A DNA stretch of 64,000 bases from positions 49,228,001 through 49,292,000 of the forward strand of contig OZ241829.1 in assembly GCA_965202585.1 (NCBI GenBank). The letters run 5' to 3'. The stretch comes from Thalia democratica (lineage: Eukaryota). The translations under genes were made by a program, and so were the position numbers. The notes beneath the pieces were generated by a model. It saw only the letters and a program-made list of their open reading frames with translations. It was not told the DNA's origin and did no database searches. Below are positions 1-12,400 of this stretch, one piece after another (positions within the stretch are counted from its first letter, which is position 1; each line of letters starts with the position of its first letter).

Positions 1-235
1 TAAAAATTATAAAAATTAACATTGACTGTTAAATATGATATCAAAATAGTAATACACTAGACGTTTACTTAAACAAAAACAAATTTTATCTAATAAATGC
101 TTACAATCAAAAATTCAACAAACACATGTAAAACTAATGTAATGTCTCCAAATTATTCACGTTAAAAAAACTAAACTAAAAATTAAACGATCTCTCTTAC
201 TTGGTTACTAGTAAGCATGTTTTCGAACAGTTAAG

Positions 236-442
236 AAAAAACTAACAAGAGAATAAAAATGTACAGTTGGTATTTGAACAACACGATGATTAGTCCGTAT
301 TCGGTCGGACGTAATTTTGACGATAAAGGTGAAGATTTGTTCATACACAAAGTTCGGTCAAACGATAGTGGCCTCATAACTTGTGTTGCAAGTAATGGTG
401 TTGGAGAACCAACAAAAGCATCTATCAGTTTGATTGTTCAGT
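236..442 (+). CDS. Turtle-like exon, Ig domain C-terminal half
   Basis: YSWYLNN...DSGLITCVASNGVGEPTKASISLIVQ; donor gttggt at 443; 5' boundary uncertain because of an in-frame stop at 232-234. Confidence 0.75.
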
Positions 443-3400
443 GTTGGTTTTAAGTATTCTTATATAAGAAAAACTATTGATTGACAATAAGCAGAATTGA
501 AAAGTTTAATAACTCATAAAATTTTAAATTTATTTAAACTAATATATTAACTTCTGAATAAAATTTCTTTTTAAATAAAAAAATAATTTCAAAACAAAGA
601 TTATATTTTATAAAACCATTTTCAAAGATATTTACCAAATTGTTCTAAAACAAATTTGAGAACAAGTAGCGTATAGTATTTATTGTAAACTAGAGGTTTT
701 TACTTCGCTTATTATTTTATTAGTGACTTAGATATTTTTCTTTAAAGCCAGTTTACGGAATAAAAATATAGCAATATTTTTTATTTATTAAGATTTAAGT
801 TTCTGATAGCTTTTAAATTTATATTTTTATTTAACAAACCTATTTGTTGCCATTTAAGGGTGTAATTAGTTCTAAAATCAAAGATGTCTTTAAAAAAAAA
901 TTTGCGAAAATCTAATTAAAACCTCTTAGACGTCTACTATGGTAACTTTTAGAAAATTTTATGAAAATGTTTTTAAAACTTATTCAAATTAGATAAGCTA
1001 ATTTATGTATTTTTGTCCGTAAAATTTTGTTCCTTTTACATATATTATACATGGACTTTCTTTTAAACTTAAAGTAAAATAAATTTATGTTTTACATGTG
1101 AATAAAACGTTAAAACACTAATTGTTTTAGATATAATGGAAACAATAAAAGTCATTGTAAAAAGAATTACTCTTAAGCTATGTATTTCTAAAAGAAAACT
1201 ATTTTTTAAATTTAGGTCGACCACTAAAAGATTTTATAAAAGGATAAATAAACTTTTAAAAAAATAAAATGTTTCAAAAAACTTTAGATAAAAAAAAACA
1301 ACAAAGGTAACATTCTACTTATTTTGAACTAAATATATAAATTTTTTGAAAACGTTAAATGATTCATTTTGTTATAAAGTGCTGATAAAGTTTATGAAGT
1401 AACCTTTGCAAAAAGGGCACTAGATAAAGTGAAAGATCGATCTGTTTTAATATGCAGCTACGTTGCATGTATATTTAGCAAAATAGAAAAAGAATTAAGG
1501 CTGGAAAAGTAATCTAGTCGGATGAAAGCCGATTACTCGCTGCCATAGCAACTCGAGGCGCCGCGTTGGTGCCGCAAAATTTGTTTTTGATCGCTCCTAA
1601 ACATCGCAAAATCAATACGACCATCAGCTTTGTTATCTAAACCTCTATAGAAAAATATTACTCGCTCGAGTCTACTTTAGTATATTTCTTTATAAAAGCA
1701 ATATGTTAAGCAGATAACTAATGTAGATTAACTTTGCTATACTTGCAGTCAAGGCTAAGCCGCTTCAACTACCAGCCACTCAGTACGCTGGTTTAGGACT
1801 GACCATTACTCTGGACTGCCCTGCGTTATCTGTGCCTCCTGTTACCAGTGTAGATTGGTTTAAAAATAATCAAAAGCTTAAACTTTTTAAGGTTTGAATG
1901 TTAGAAAGCGTTGTTATTATAAAAAATAAGCGTATTTTTATATATTTAGATACATAAAGTTTTAGGTTAGATTTTTAAAGTTCATATCTTTCTATTTAGC
2001 AAACTAAACATCTAGTTATCTACAAATAAATGGAAAAAAGTTTTGTAATCTTTTTTTGATAAGATTAAAAACTTTTATTTATTAAACTAATTGAACTGTA
2101 AATAAAACCGACCTTCTCTGAACATTAATATAAAGGTTTATAAAGTTTGACTTTTTAATAACATAAAACTTTTAGTTTTTATATAAAAAGTGTTTGTAAA
2201 TAAAATTATTTAATTAGTGTACTAAGACATGAAGCATGAGAGCAAAACTATAAGTATAAATTAAAAAAATTAAAAAGGTCTTGGCTATGGAGATATAAGC
2301 CATTGACTTAAAAAGCATTTAATACTTTGTTTTATTTCAAGATCAATATTTTTTACGTTTATTTCTTTATTTTATACAAAACAGACAGACCAGCACCGTA
2401 GTTTGCCTTACGAAAAACACAAGTACATGGAAACTGCGCAATTTAGTTTAAAAATTTCTACGGTAACCATCTACGACCATGGAAAGTATTCTTGCTCCCC
2501 AAGAAACATACGAGGTAGCTCAGGTATGTCAAATCCAACAGAAGTCATAGTGGTCAAGCCTCCTAAATTTTATTTACGACCAAAAGAATATTATCTCTCA
2601 CAACAAGGCAAAAAGCTTGTTGTTCCTTGCAGTGGTGATGATTCGCAAGGCTCCTTAAAATGCAAAGTAAAATGGAAAAAAGTCAGTTAACACTAAATGA
2701 TCTTGTTTAATTAAAAAACAACTATTTGAGTTAAAAGATTTAAAACAATACTAAGACATTTTTATACAATATACAATACATGCTATATACATTTTAGGAA
2801 CATAAACGTTTTTTTTTTGTTTTTTTAGATTATACGATAACACTATTTTAATAATTTATTTACTATTAAACAGGTTTCAAGCTTAACACAACAACAAAAG
2901 CAAGTATCGTTTACATACAACGATTCAAGGTTATATATAAGTTCTTTGCGCAAAGAACACCACGGAGAGTGGAGATGTATAGTTTCAAATATAGTAGGAA
3001 AAATACAAACATCAGTTTTTATCACAGTAAACAGTAAGTTTGAACAAGTCTCCATTGAGAATACTAAGTTATCTTTATAAGGTTTTGAGATAGATGGTTT
3101 TTTTTTCAAATCTTGTTTTCTACTAAATTATACAAAAGCTTCAAACACCGATAGAAGAATTCAAAGTTAAAAAATATGGTTATAAACACTGTAGAAAACT
3201 CACTTAAAATGTTTTTAAAAAACAGTCTTATAGTGTTCAAAATCAAACTGATACTAAAAAGGTTAAATATAAAGATTAAACTCAGTAATTTATTTGTTTG
3301 AGTAGTTTTTGAGTTGTATCTCATTGTTTAAAGAAACTTTTTACATAATCACACGAAAAAAAACAGTTGATACACATTTGATAATCTTTTCATTCAAAAA

Positions 3401-6400
3401 TAAGAGCAAACCGATCTGTAGAATATTCAAAGAATTAAGTCATAGAGTTATTTATCAAAAAATATCTAAATTATTTTTTTTTTAATTTACCAGTAATAAA
3501 AAAATATTCTAAGTTTTTAAAAGTGTTAAACTTTTTTTTTAACTTTAAACAGTTATAGTACTTTACTATTTTTTACTATTTTAATATCAATTTATTTTAT
3601 TCCTAAAAAAATACTTACTAATAAGTTTAGTTTTTTGTCTTAACAACGTTATCTGCACTTTTCAAGATTAAATGAATTATTTTATGTGAATAAAAGATAA
3701 AACATTCACCTTTTTTATTTCTATTTTTGTGTTTAAACAAAGATTTTATGACTTTAAAAAGTAATTGGTACTGAGGTAAAAAACTTTTATATACCTTATC
3801 AAATTAAATTTTGTAAGCACATACCATTGTTTTCCTATTTTTGTTCTAAAGATTAATTTAAAGGAATTGTTTAAACTAAAATCATCATTTATTCTGTAAT
3901 AAGTTGTTTTTAAGCCCATAAATACTATTTATTTATAAATTCCAGTTTATATATGCTTTTATTTTGTTTAAAGCATACAGTTAACTCAGTAAAAATATTT
4001 TACTTTAAAATTTATTACACTTCTATGATTCCTTTTTTAGTTTTATTTAACTTGACTAATACATTTTGATAGTACTTTAAAAAAATCATTTTAAAAAAAT
4101 CTTGTATACTTTTTAGTTTTTAAGAAAAAGTATAAGATAAAAGGGTTTTTAGTAAGTTTTTATTAGAAAGTGCTACAAAGTTTAATGTATTAAAGTTTTA
4201 ATAAAAAGGAAACTGTTATTTAACTGTTCAACAGAAATTTTTCAAAGAAAGTTTTTCTTAGTTTTAAATTATGTCAGACTAAAGCATATCTAAGGTCGTT
4301 ATATTAGTACTTTTACTAATTTTTAATTTTTCTTCAAAATATTATAGATAAAAAATGTAACGAGGCTAAACCTTTTTGCATTCTTTATTGTATTTAGGAA
4401 GTCGACATGATACTGTTTAGTAAACATTGAACATCATCTGAGTAACTACAAAACTAGAAAAAAACGCTAGTCAAGATGCTACAGAGCTTCATATTTTTCG
4501 AAAATGTTAGTATGACTTTTTGTTTTAGATACAACACCACATGCTGTTGAAAACCAGGAGGAAATATCATCGACATCGTCTTCAGTAAAAGTTGGATGGA
4601 AACCTGGTTTTAATGGAGGATATAGACAAAGCTACCAAATTTGGTAAAAAACTCCTTCGTTAATTAAAAATTTGTTTGTCTTAATTTATTTTAATAAAAA
4701 TTTGAATTTTCGATATTAAGTTTTTGTTTTTTTTTAGATACAACTTTGTTATTTGTGTAAATTTTTCAATCCTTTAAACCAGTGCTTCTGAAATGGGGTT
4801 CCGCAACGCCTCTCAGGGGTTCCGCGAAGCCTTTCGAAATTTAAAAAAGAACATTTATTTAATTAAACATTTTATGTAAAATTAAAACTAGGGGTTCCGC
4901 GGAAGAGTTGAACTTTGGAAAAGGGTTCCGCCACTAGAAAAAGGTTCAGAAGCACTGCTTTAAACTTTTATGCTACAATTTTTTTTTAATACAATTATCT
5001 AAATAAATATATGAAACAAGGTTAAAGTTTTTTGTATTTAGGAATATTGAAACTTTGTGAATAGTTTTTTTTTTTAAGTTTATAAAAGCTTTTTATATGC
5101 TTTTTACAGGTACAAAGAGCATGGTGGTAAAAACTACACCTGGAAAATATTTCAGGTCAGTAACAAATTTGGAAAAAGTCCGACATCAGCAAATATTACT
5201 GAGCTGAAAGAAGTGACGACTTACGACGTATCGATTGTTGCTGTTAACAAAATAGGCATTGGCTACTTTAGTCCTACATTTCAAGCTGTTACTACAGGTA
5301 AAAAGAAAATTCTAAGCTTATTTGTAACGATTGTGACTAAATTTCAAGAAGTAAATCGATTATGTTTTATATTAACTTATCAAAAACTAAAGTAGTTTTG
5401 GAGATTTTAAATAAAACAAAACTTGTATTACTCAAATTAGGAATTTAAAATAATTTATTCTTAATATTTAAAAACATTAACAATAAGGCATTTTTTTAGT
5501 CATATACTTTTTTATTTACAGTTTAAAATACTAGAATTCAAATGTATAAAATTTCAATTTTTAATTTTAAATACCAATTATAATGCTAATCTTCGAGCTT
5601 AGTGTTGTTTACTTAGCAGCTAATGAATGATTAAAACAAATATATACTTTAAGGCGACAACAATAAATTTTAGCTCGAAAAAATTATTAAGTTTTTTTAT
5701 CGTAAACTTTATGTTTAATCATACCTTACGATTTAATGTTTATATAAGAAGTTATAGAGTAAAGTTTTGTATATTTGATTAACTTTATTTTTACTTTTAA
5801 GCTTATATTAAAAAAATTGTTAACCATAATTAAAAAAATTAAAAAAATATTCTTATTAGTTTTAGTTTATAATTATAATTAACCTTTTTAGGATTTATAT
5901 ATTTTTGAAGCTAAGCGTTAGTAAATTCTGTAAATATTTTAAAAGAAAGTATAGAACGTATGTTTCCCTAAAAAAGAAGAGTTTAATCTTAAAACTTTAG
6001 TTTTTTAGTTTATACTACTCTTATCTAAAAAATGTTCTTTATTTTATCATACAAATAAAGTTTACACATTTTCGCGCGAAATCATCCGTCTATTTTTTTC
6101 TTTTCGTGTCATGACGTAGGTGATTCCCCTACAATGCTGCACGTTTAAATGTTAAATAATTAATCAGCAGTGTGACTTTAGCATAAAATTAGAGCTTTTG
6201 TACTGAGCTGACTGTATGCTGTGCATGTGCGAGTGGAGCGGCTTGCGGCCGTAGGAATGTCATTAAAGCCAAAATTACTTTTTTATCATTTCAAGATTTT
6301 CAGTGAGTTTTTTTCAAAGGTATCACTTATTTGATAGTGATGGATGGTTTGTTAGTGTGCGATTCATTAAATTATTTAAAAACTGTGCATAGATAGATTA

Positions 6401-9400
6401 TGTGTTTTAGGAATGTCTGAAGTCCATTAAGTAAGTTAAACAAAAAGTAAATTCGCCCCCCTATTAAAAGTATAACTTAATGAGTATAAACAAATACAAC
6501 TAGATGTTTTGGAAATTAGTAATTTTAGATGTGGAGAACTAAAACTGCTAACATAAAGTAAAGTAAAGAAAAATTATTTTTACGTTAAATGCTTAAGATA
6601 AAGAATATAATGATTAGATTTTACAAGAATAGTATATTTAAACTGTTTCAATTTTATTACGTAAGTACAATAAATTTTTACATTTGTTTAAAACTTTTAG
6701 TAATAATATATACAAATTTTTTTGTATACAAAAACAATTTTTGTTAATAAATTAAACTTAAAACAATTCATCCATTATTTTTTATTTATTTTTCGTACTG
6801 CTTTAGATTGCAAAATATTTGTTTTTCAGTTGTTTAAGCTTTTAAAAAATATTTAAAAGTATAAGAATTTAATAAAAATAATTTTTTAAGAGCTATTTAG
6901 AAATTTTTTGATGTAGAATTTTAAAAGGCGACATAATGTATGTAACACAAAATTAAAAAAAAAAATCTTAGAAGTTAACCAGTTATTAAGATTTTAAGAT
7001 TAAATCATCAATGTCGCTAATTTAAGAAGTAAAAAATTTTTTTGAACTATACATTTTAGATAATGAAGCAAAGAACTTTAAAAAAAATAAAAAAATTCCT
7101 TCGCCGACTAGCTTCTTTTGTGGAAAAAAAGATAATGGTCTTATATTTTTGAAATGGACAAAAATTCCCAAGTCCTACAATGTGACAGGATATCTAATTG
7201 AACAAAGACAAGCTCCTAACAATAGGTCAGCTTTAATAACTAAAATAGACAAAGTTTTTATGATCAAAAATTGTTTTTTGTAAAATTAAATAAGTAAACA
7301 ATTACAGTTGTCTGAAATACTTTTTTCTTAATAAAAATTTGTAGCTCTGACAGACAGGTTTAAAAATGAATTTAAGAGCGTAAAAAAAAGCTACTGGCAA
7401 TATTTAACTCATGTGAAGAAAAACATTAGCTACTATGTTATCAAAAAAAATCAAATTTTCAAAAACAAGTTTTATCAGTTTCAAGTGTTAGGTATAGCTG
7501 AAAACAGTTGGGGAAAACCAAGTACAGTAGTCAATGCTTCTACGAGAGGTTGAGCTTTGTTTAAACTTATTAAAATACTGTATCAAGATAACCGAACTAT
7601 TGTAACTTTTATTTTCTAATACACTTCTCTTAGACACTTTTTTTTAGTAGATACTAAACATTCTAACTAAAAAATTATATATCTAAAAACATTGAAGGTA
7701 AATAAGTAACACAAACGTTAATTTTTTAAAGAAATGCTACGCAGTTTTCTAAATTGAGCAGTTTTAAAAAAAGCTTAAAATAAACAGCTAAAAATTAGTT
7801 TCATAATCAAAACCTAAACTAGTTCGCATATTATGTACAGATATAGTTTTATACGTAACTTAAAACATTAATAGTAACTTAATATTATATTAACACTTAT
7901 AATAAAACTAACAAGTAATATAACATCAGTCAACTAAAAAAACAGCTTTTTTTTCTTTGTTATCTACTATTTAGCCTAAATCTTAAGTGTTCATACTAAA
8001 ACTATAATATTTATAACACTATTTTTTTACTTAAATAATTCCAGAATTTTTAAAATTTATTTAGTAAGGATATTGATAAAGTACGCATATTGAACCAAGG
8101 CAAAAGTTTGTTACTTACGCTAATTGCGTACTTTACAGTTTAGAGATAAATGTATCCTTTTCACACGAAATAGTAGCTAATGGCTACTAATTTAAGTAAA
8201 TATATAATACTTTTTTTTCTCATAAAATGTATGTTTTATATTTTTTATCATACTAAGATATTCTATTTGTTCATATAACTTTTTAATTTAATTTTAAAAG
8301 TATCATGATTAAAAAAATATGCTTATTTTGAAGTTTAGTATGCATTTTAGGCGTGTGCGTACCTTGTCGATGTCTCTACAGTACAATTTCATTATATAAA
8401 AGCACTAACAGAAACATTAAATACTTTCGAAATTATAAACTTAAAAAAAGCTTAATTCCATAGTTTATTTATTTTCTAGGAATATCCGTTTATAGCGAGT
8501 TAATTGAAAATGACAAAAGCAATAAAAAATTGATTGCAACTGCTATTTCTCTTAGTATGTTTTTTATAATATCTATGTGCATCGTCGTTTGTTTAATTTT
8601 TAGAAAAAGTACCAATATCACAAACAACAAGACTATTTCTGAAGGTAATTTTCTGTTTGATATTTATTAAAAGTATTCAGTATTACAAAATAAACCAGAA
8701 AAATAAACACAAATATGAATTTTTAAAGAGCTGAAAAGTGTATATATATTTATAATTTTATAAGTAAAACTATGCTTTCAATCAAATATGTAGACTAGAG
8801 TTAAAAAATTATCTAATATACTAGCCAAGTTTACGAGAAAGAATCTTTCGTGGGTCGTGTATTGATGAAAAGCTACGCTGTAAAAGATTAGAAAAAATTA
8901 AAGCCAAACTGTTATGTAATGATCTTTTATTAAACACTTTTGTATACTAAAAATCAAGCTAAATGCATATTTCATAATGTTTTGTATATATAAATAGGCT
9001 AGCGGACCGTATAAGTGTACCAGCAGGAATCAGCCTACTTAAAATATAACTAACAAATTAAAAAGCAAGCGTTTATAACATGTCATATACTTATAGTCTA
9101 CTACTTACATTTAAGTTACAGTTAACTGACTGATTATATCTAAAAAGATTAATTATTCAAAGCATGTAATGTTAACTTATAAACTTTTAATGATGTAAGG
9201 AGATATGTTGACCTAAAAGTTTAGAAATGTAAAAAACTTGAATCTTTTTAATATTTATGAAGGTCAGCAAAAACCTTGGGCTTGGCCATTACTTAAATAA
9301 AATATCTACAAGACTAATTCTAAATTATAAAATTACTTTTTGTATAAAACTTCTACTCCATCCGATTCGATATAACTTTAAGTTAAAAGTTTTCTTTACA

Positions 9401-12400
9401 ATTTCATGGCGTTTTAGTTAAACGTTTTAATCTCATGTTAGCATAAATATTTGATAGCTAAAGTTTTACATAAAAAGAAAAATTCTCATTTTTTCACCTT
9501 AATCGCTTTTTCAGTGAGAAAACTAACTTAAACGTTTTTTAATGGTTGATGTAGAATAAAACTATAAAAAACATCTGTAAATACTTACTTGACAAGCTTT
9601 ATTGAATAGAGTTTAAGATGCTTGTAATAAAATGTTGTTTAGTATGTGATATATACTTAGTCTTATTTGATAGTTTTAGTATAACAAGCAAACATTTAAT
9701 ATAATTTTTTTTTTAAATTGCAGAAATATTAGAAAATGATTCAGCTATCCATGCAAAAACGTTAGTTATTTTATAATTAATAAACTTTAAAACTTAAAAA
9801 TTTTAATTTAATTAGCTTTTATAGGGAAACTTTGGTCAAAAATTCTTGCTTAAAGCAGCTTATATCAATAACAAGCTCAAATGAATCAATACATTCAAAA
9901 ACTTCAAACTTAAACGAGCTTTCAAAAGTACTTTTTAATGAAGGTTACTTGATTATCTACGTTTTAATACATCTATAAATATGTATACACTCATTAGTTA
10001 TTTTAACTTTATATATATATATAAAACGGAAAACTTGAAAAATGTTAAGCTAAAAGTTTTAAACTTACTTTCAGGCTAACAAAAACTGATAACTTATTAT
10101 TCTGTTAGAACAAGAAAAAGGAAGTCTGCTAAATTCCAGTCTAAATTCTAACACTATACCAAAAAACTATAAGTTTAACAAAGGTGGCTTTAATTCTTTA
10201 TTTAAAGACAGCAGCTCGTCAACAGACAACGATGTAGACGAGGTGGTGGCTATGAGAAAAAAAGAACTTGCAAGCAAAATTTTTCATGACAATCAAAGAC
10301 ATCATTTTCATACTTTAGGTTGTTTGTTTGTCATAAATAGTATTTTTTTAAAAAATAATCATCTGTATGTACAATTATGTATTGCAATACGGTTGCATCT
10401 AACTACTAAATGAATAATATAGCCCTTAGGTGTTAACATAAACTATTTAAGCAATTTTTGTTATTACTTTTAAGATTTTAAATCTCGTGTGAATCAAGAG
10501 ATGAGGCCGTTAAAATCTAATCTTATACGAGGCTCTCCCAACTCATTTGAGAATAAAAACAATGAAGTAATATTCGCCTTAGTAGGAAACTCGTCATTGT
10601 TACCTGAAAAGAACCTTCCACGTACGAACCTGCAGCTGAAGCACCGAGATACGACATTTAGTCAAATGCGATCTTCAGTGTACAATTTTGACAGCTACCA
10701 AAATAGATTTTTAAACGTTAAAAAGCCAAGTTTAGTTAATTTACCGTTCCAATACAAACATGAAGAAGATGATGCTACTGTTGAGATTGACTGTAGCAAG
10801 TCTGATGTTAAGATTAGGCTTCATAAAAAGAATCCAACAATATTTTCAAACAATAAACACACATTTAAAAACAAAGAAGACAGCCGAAGATATAAAATTG
10901 GTTAGTTTTCGAATTAGTAAAAAAAAAAATTAAGTTAGTTTGTAATATAAATTGAAGAAAATGTTATATATTTTTTTATGTTGTTATAAGTATTATATAA
11001 CTAATTAAACTACCTACAGAGTTATTATCGTTCAATAAAACTCTTTAACAAGTTTATCTGTTTAAACAACTTTTATAAATATGTTACGCTTATCTTTAAT
11101 CTTTAAAATAATCATGATAGAAAACTAAAGTTTTTATTTGTAAAAGTCTTAATATCACATCAATATTGTTTTGTTTGACATTTTTGTTAATAGATTACTC
11201 AATTAAGATAAGTAGTTCAATCTATTTTAGATAAAAACTTTCTATTAATACCTAAAAATTTAATCTTAAAAACCGTGCTTTTTTATTTAATAATTGATGT
11301 ATAGTTTGTTTTAAAAAGGATCTAATAACGTTGAAGTAATCCAAAGAAGACGATCCTTATCTCAGCTTCATGTAAGTTTTGTTTTCTTCTATAATTTTTA
11401 GTGTTGAAATTTTTCTAAAGCAAAATACGAACAGAAACATTTCTTTTATAGGTACAGTTTGAACTTTTGTTTTTACATAGCAATGTTGACATTATTACTT
11501 ATGAAACAGAATACTGAATACTTGTTGATGCACAAACTAAATTTAAAGTATTTTAAAACTACTATAACTAAATAGCTTTTTTTAATAAATTTATAGAAAA
11601 ATATTCTATTTTTAGTTAAATCAAATATGTCTGATATTTTAAATCCGAAGTAGTATAGAGGAGTATTTATTAAAATATTCTTTTTTAAACAAAACGAACG
11701 CTTCATAGATACTTTTATACAAACTTATAATAACTTATTTTTTTAAAGTTTTAATAATATTTTTTTATACAAATATGATAAATTTAGAACACTAGTTTAT
11801 AAAGTTTAATCTCTATTGCTTGCATAAAAACTTATATTTATTAAAAATTTTTATGATTTAAGTTAAGTAAAGACCTCATCAAAATCAGTGAATAATCATA
11901 AACAACTTGTTTCTGTATCTATTTTTTAGCTTATCCGAGCTAGTTTACATTAAACTTTTTACGTAGCTTTTTGAAATTTTTCTAAATCTATTTTTGCCAA
12001 CATAAAGTTATGGTAAACATGTAACAATGGTTTCAGTTTTTAAAACATTAATATGTATAAGCATATTTCATTATTTTGTCTAGTAAAAATTTAGTCCTTT
12101 AACTTAAATGTTTTATTAATTAAAATTTTTATGTTTGAGAAATTTTTTGATAGTTATAGATAGATATACTAATATATAATTAAATACAAAATTAACTTAA
12201 TTTAAAACTAACACAAATTATTGTAAATTAACTGATCAATTAAACTTTAAACTACATACTTTAAATGCTTGAATTAGTTATGAAAAGTTTGAAAAGGAAA
12301 CACTAGTTTTATATATTTCAAAATATTTACAAAATAATCTAGTTTTATTTTGATTAAGTAAAATATTACCTAGTTATTTATCGATTGATTTTTTAGTATA

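Noticed and set aside
2843-3324. Two minus-strand ORFs
   Set aside because: Antisense to a Turtle-like exon and AT-rich intron; low-complexity F/L/I/K composition.
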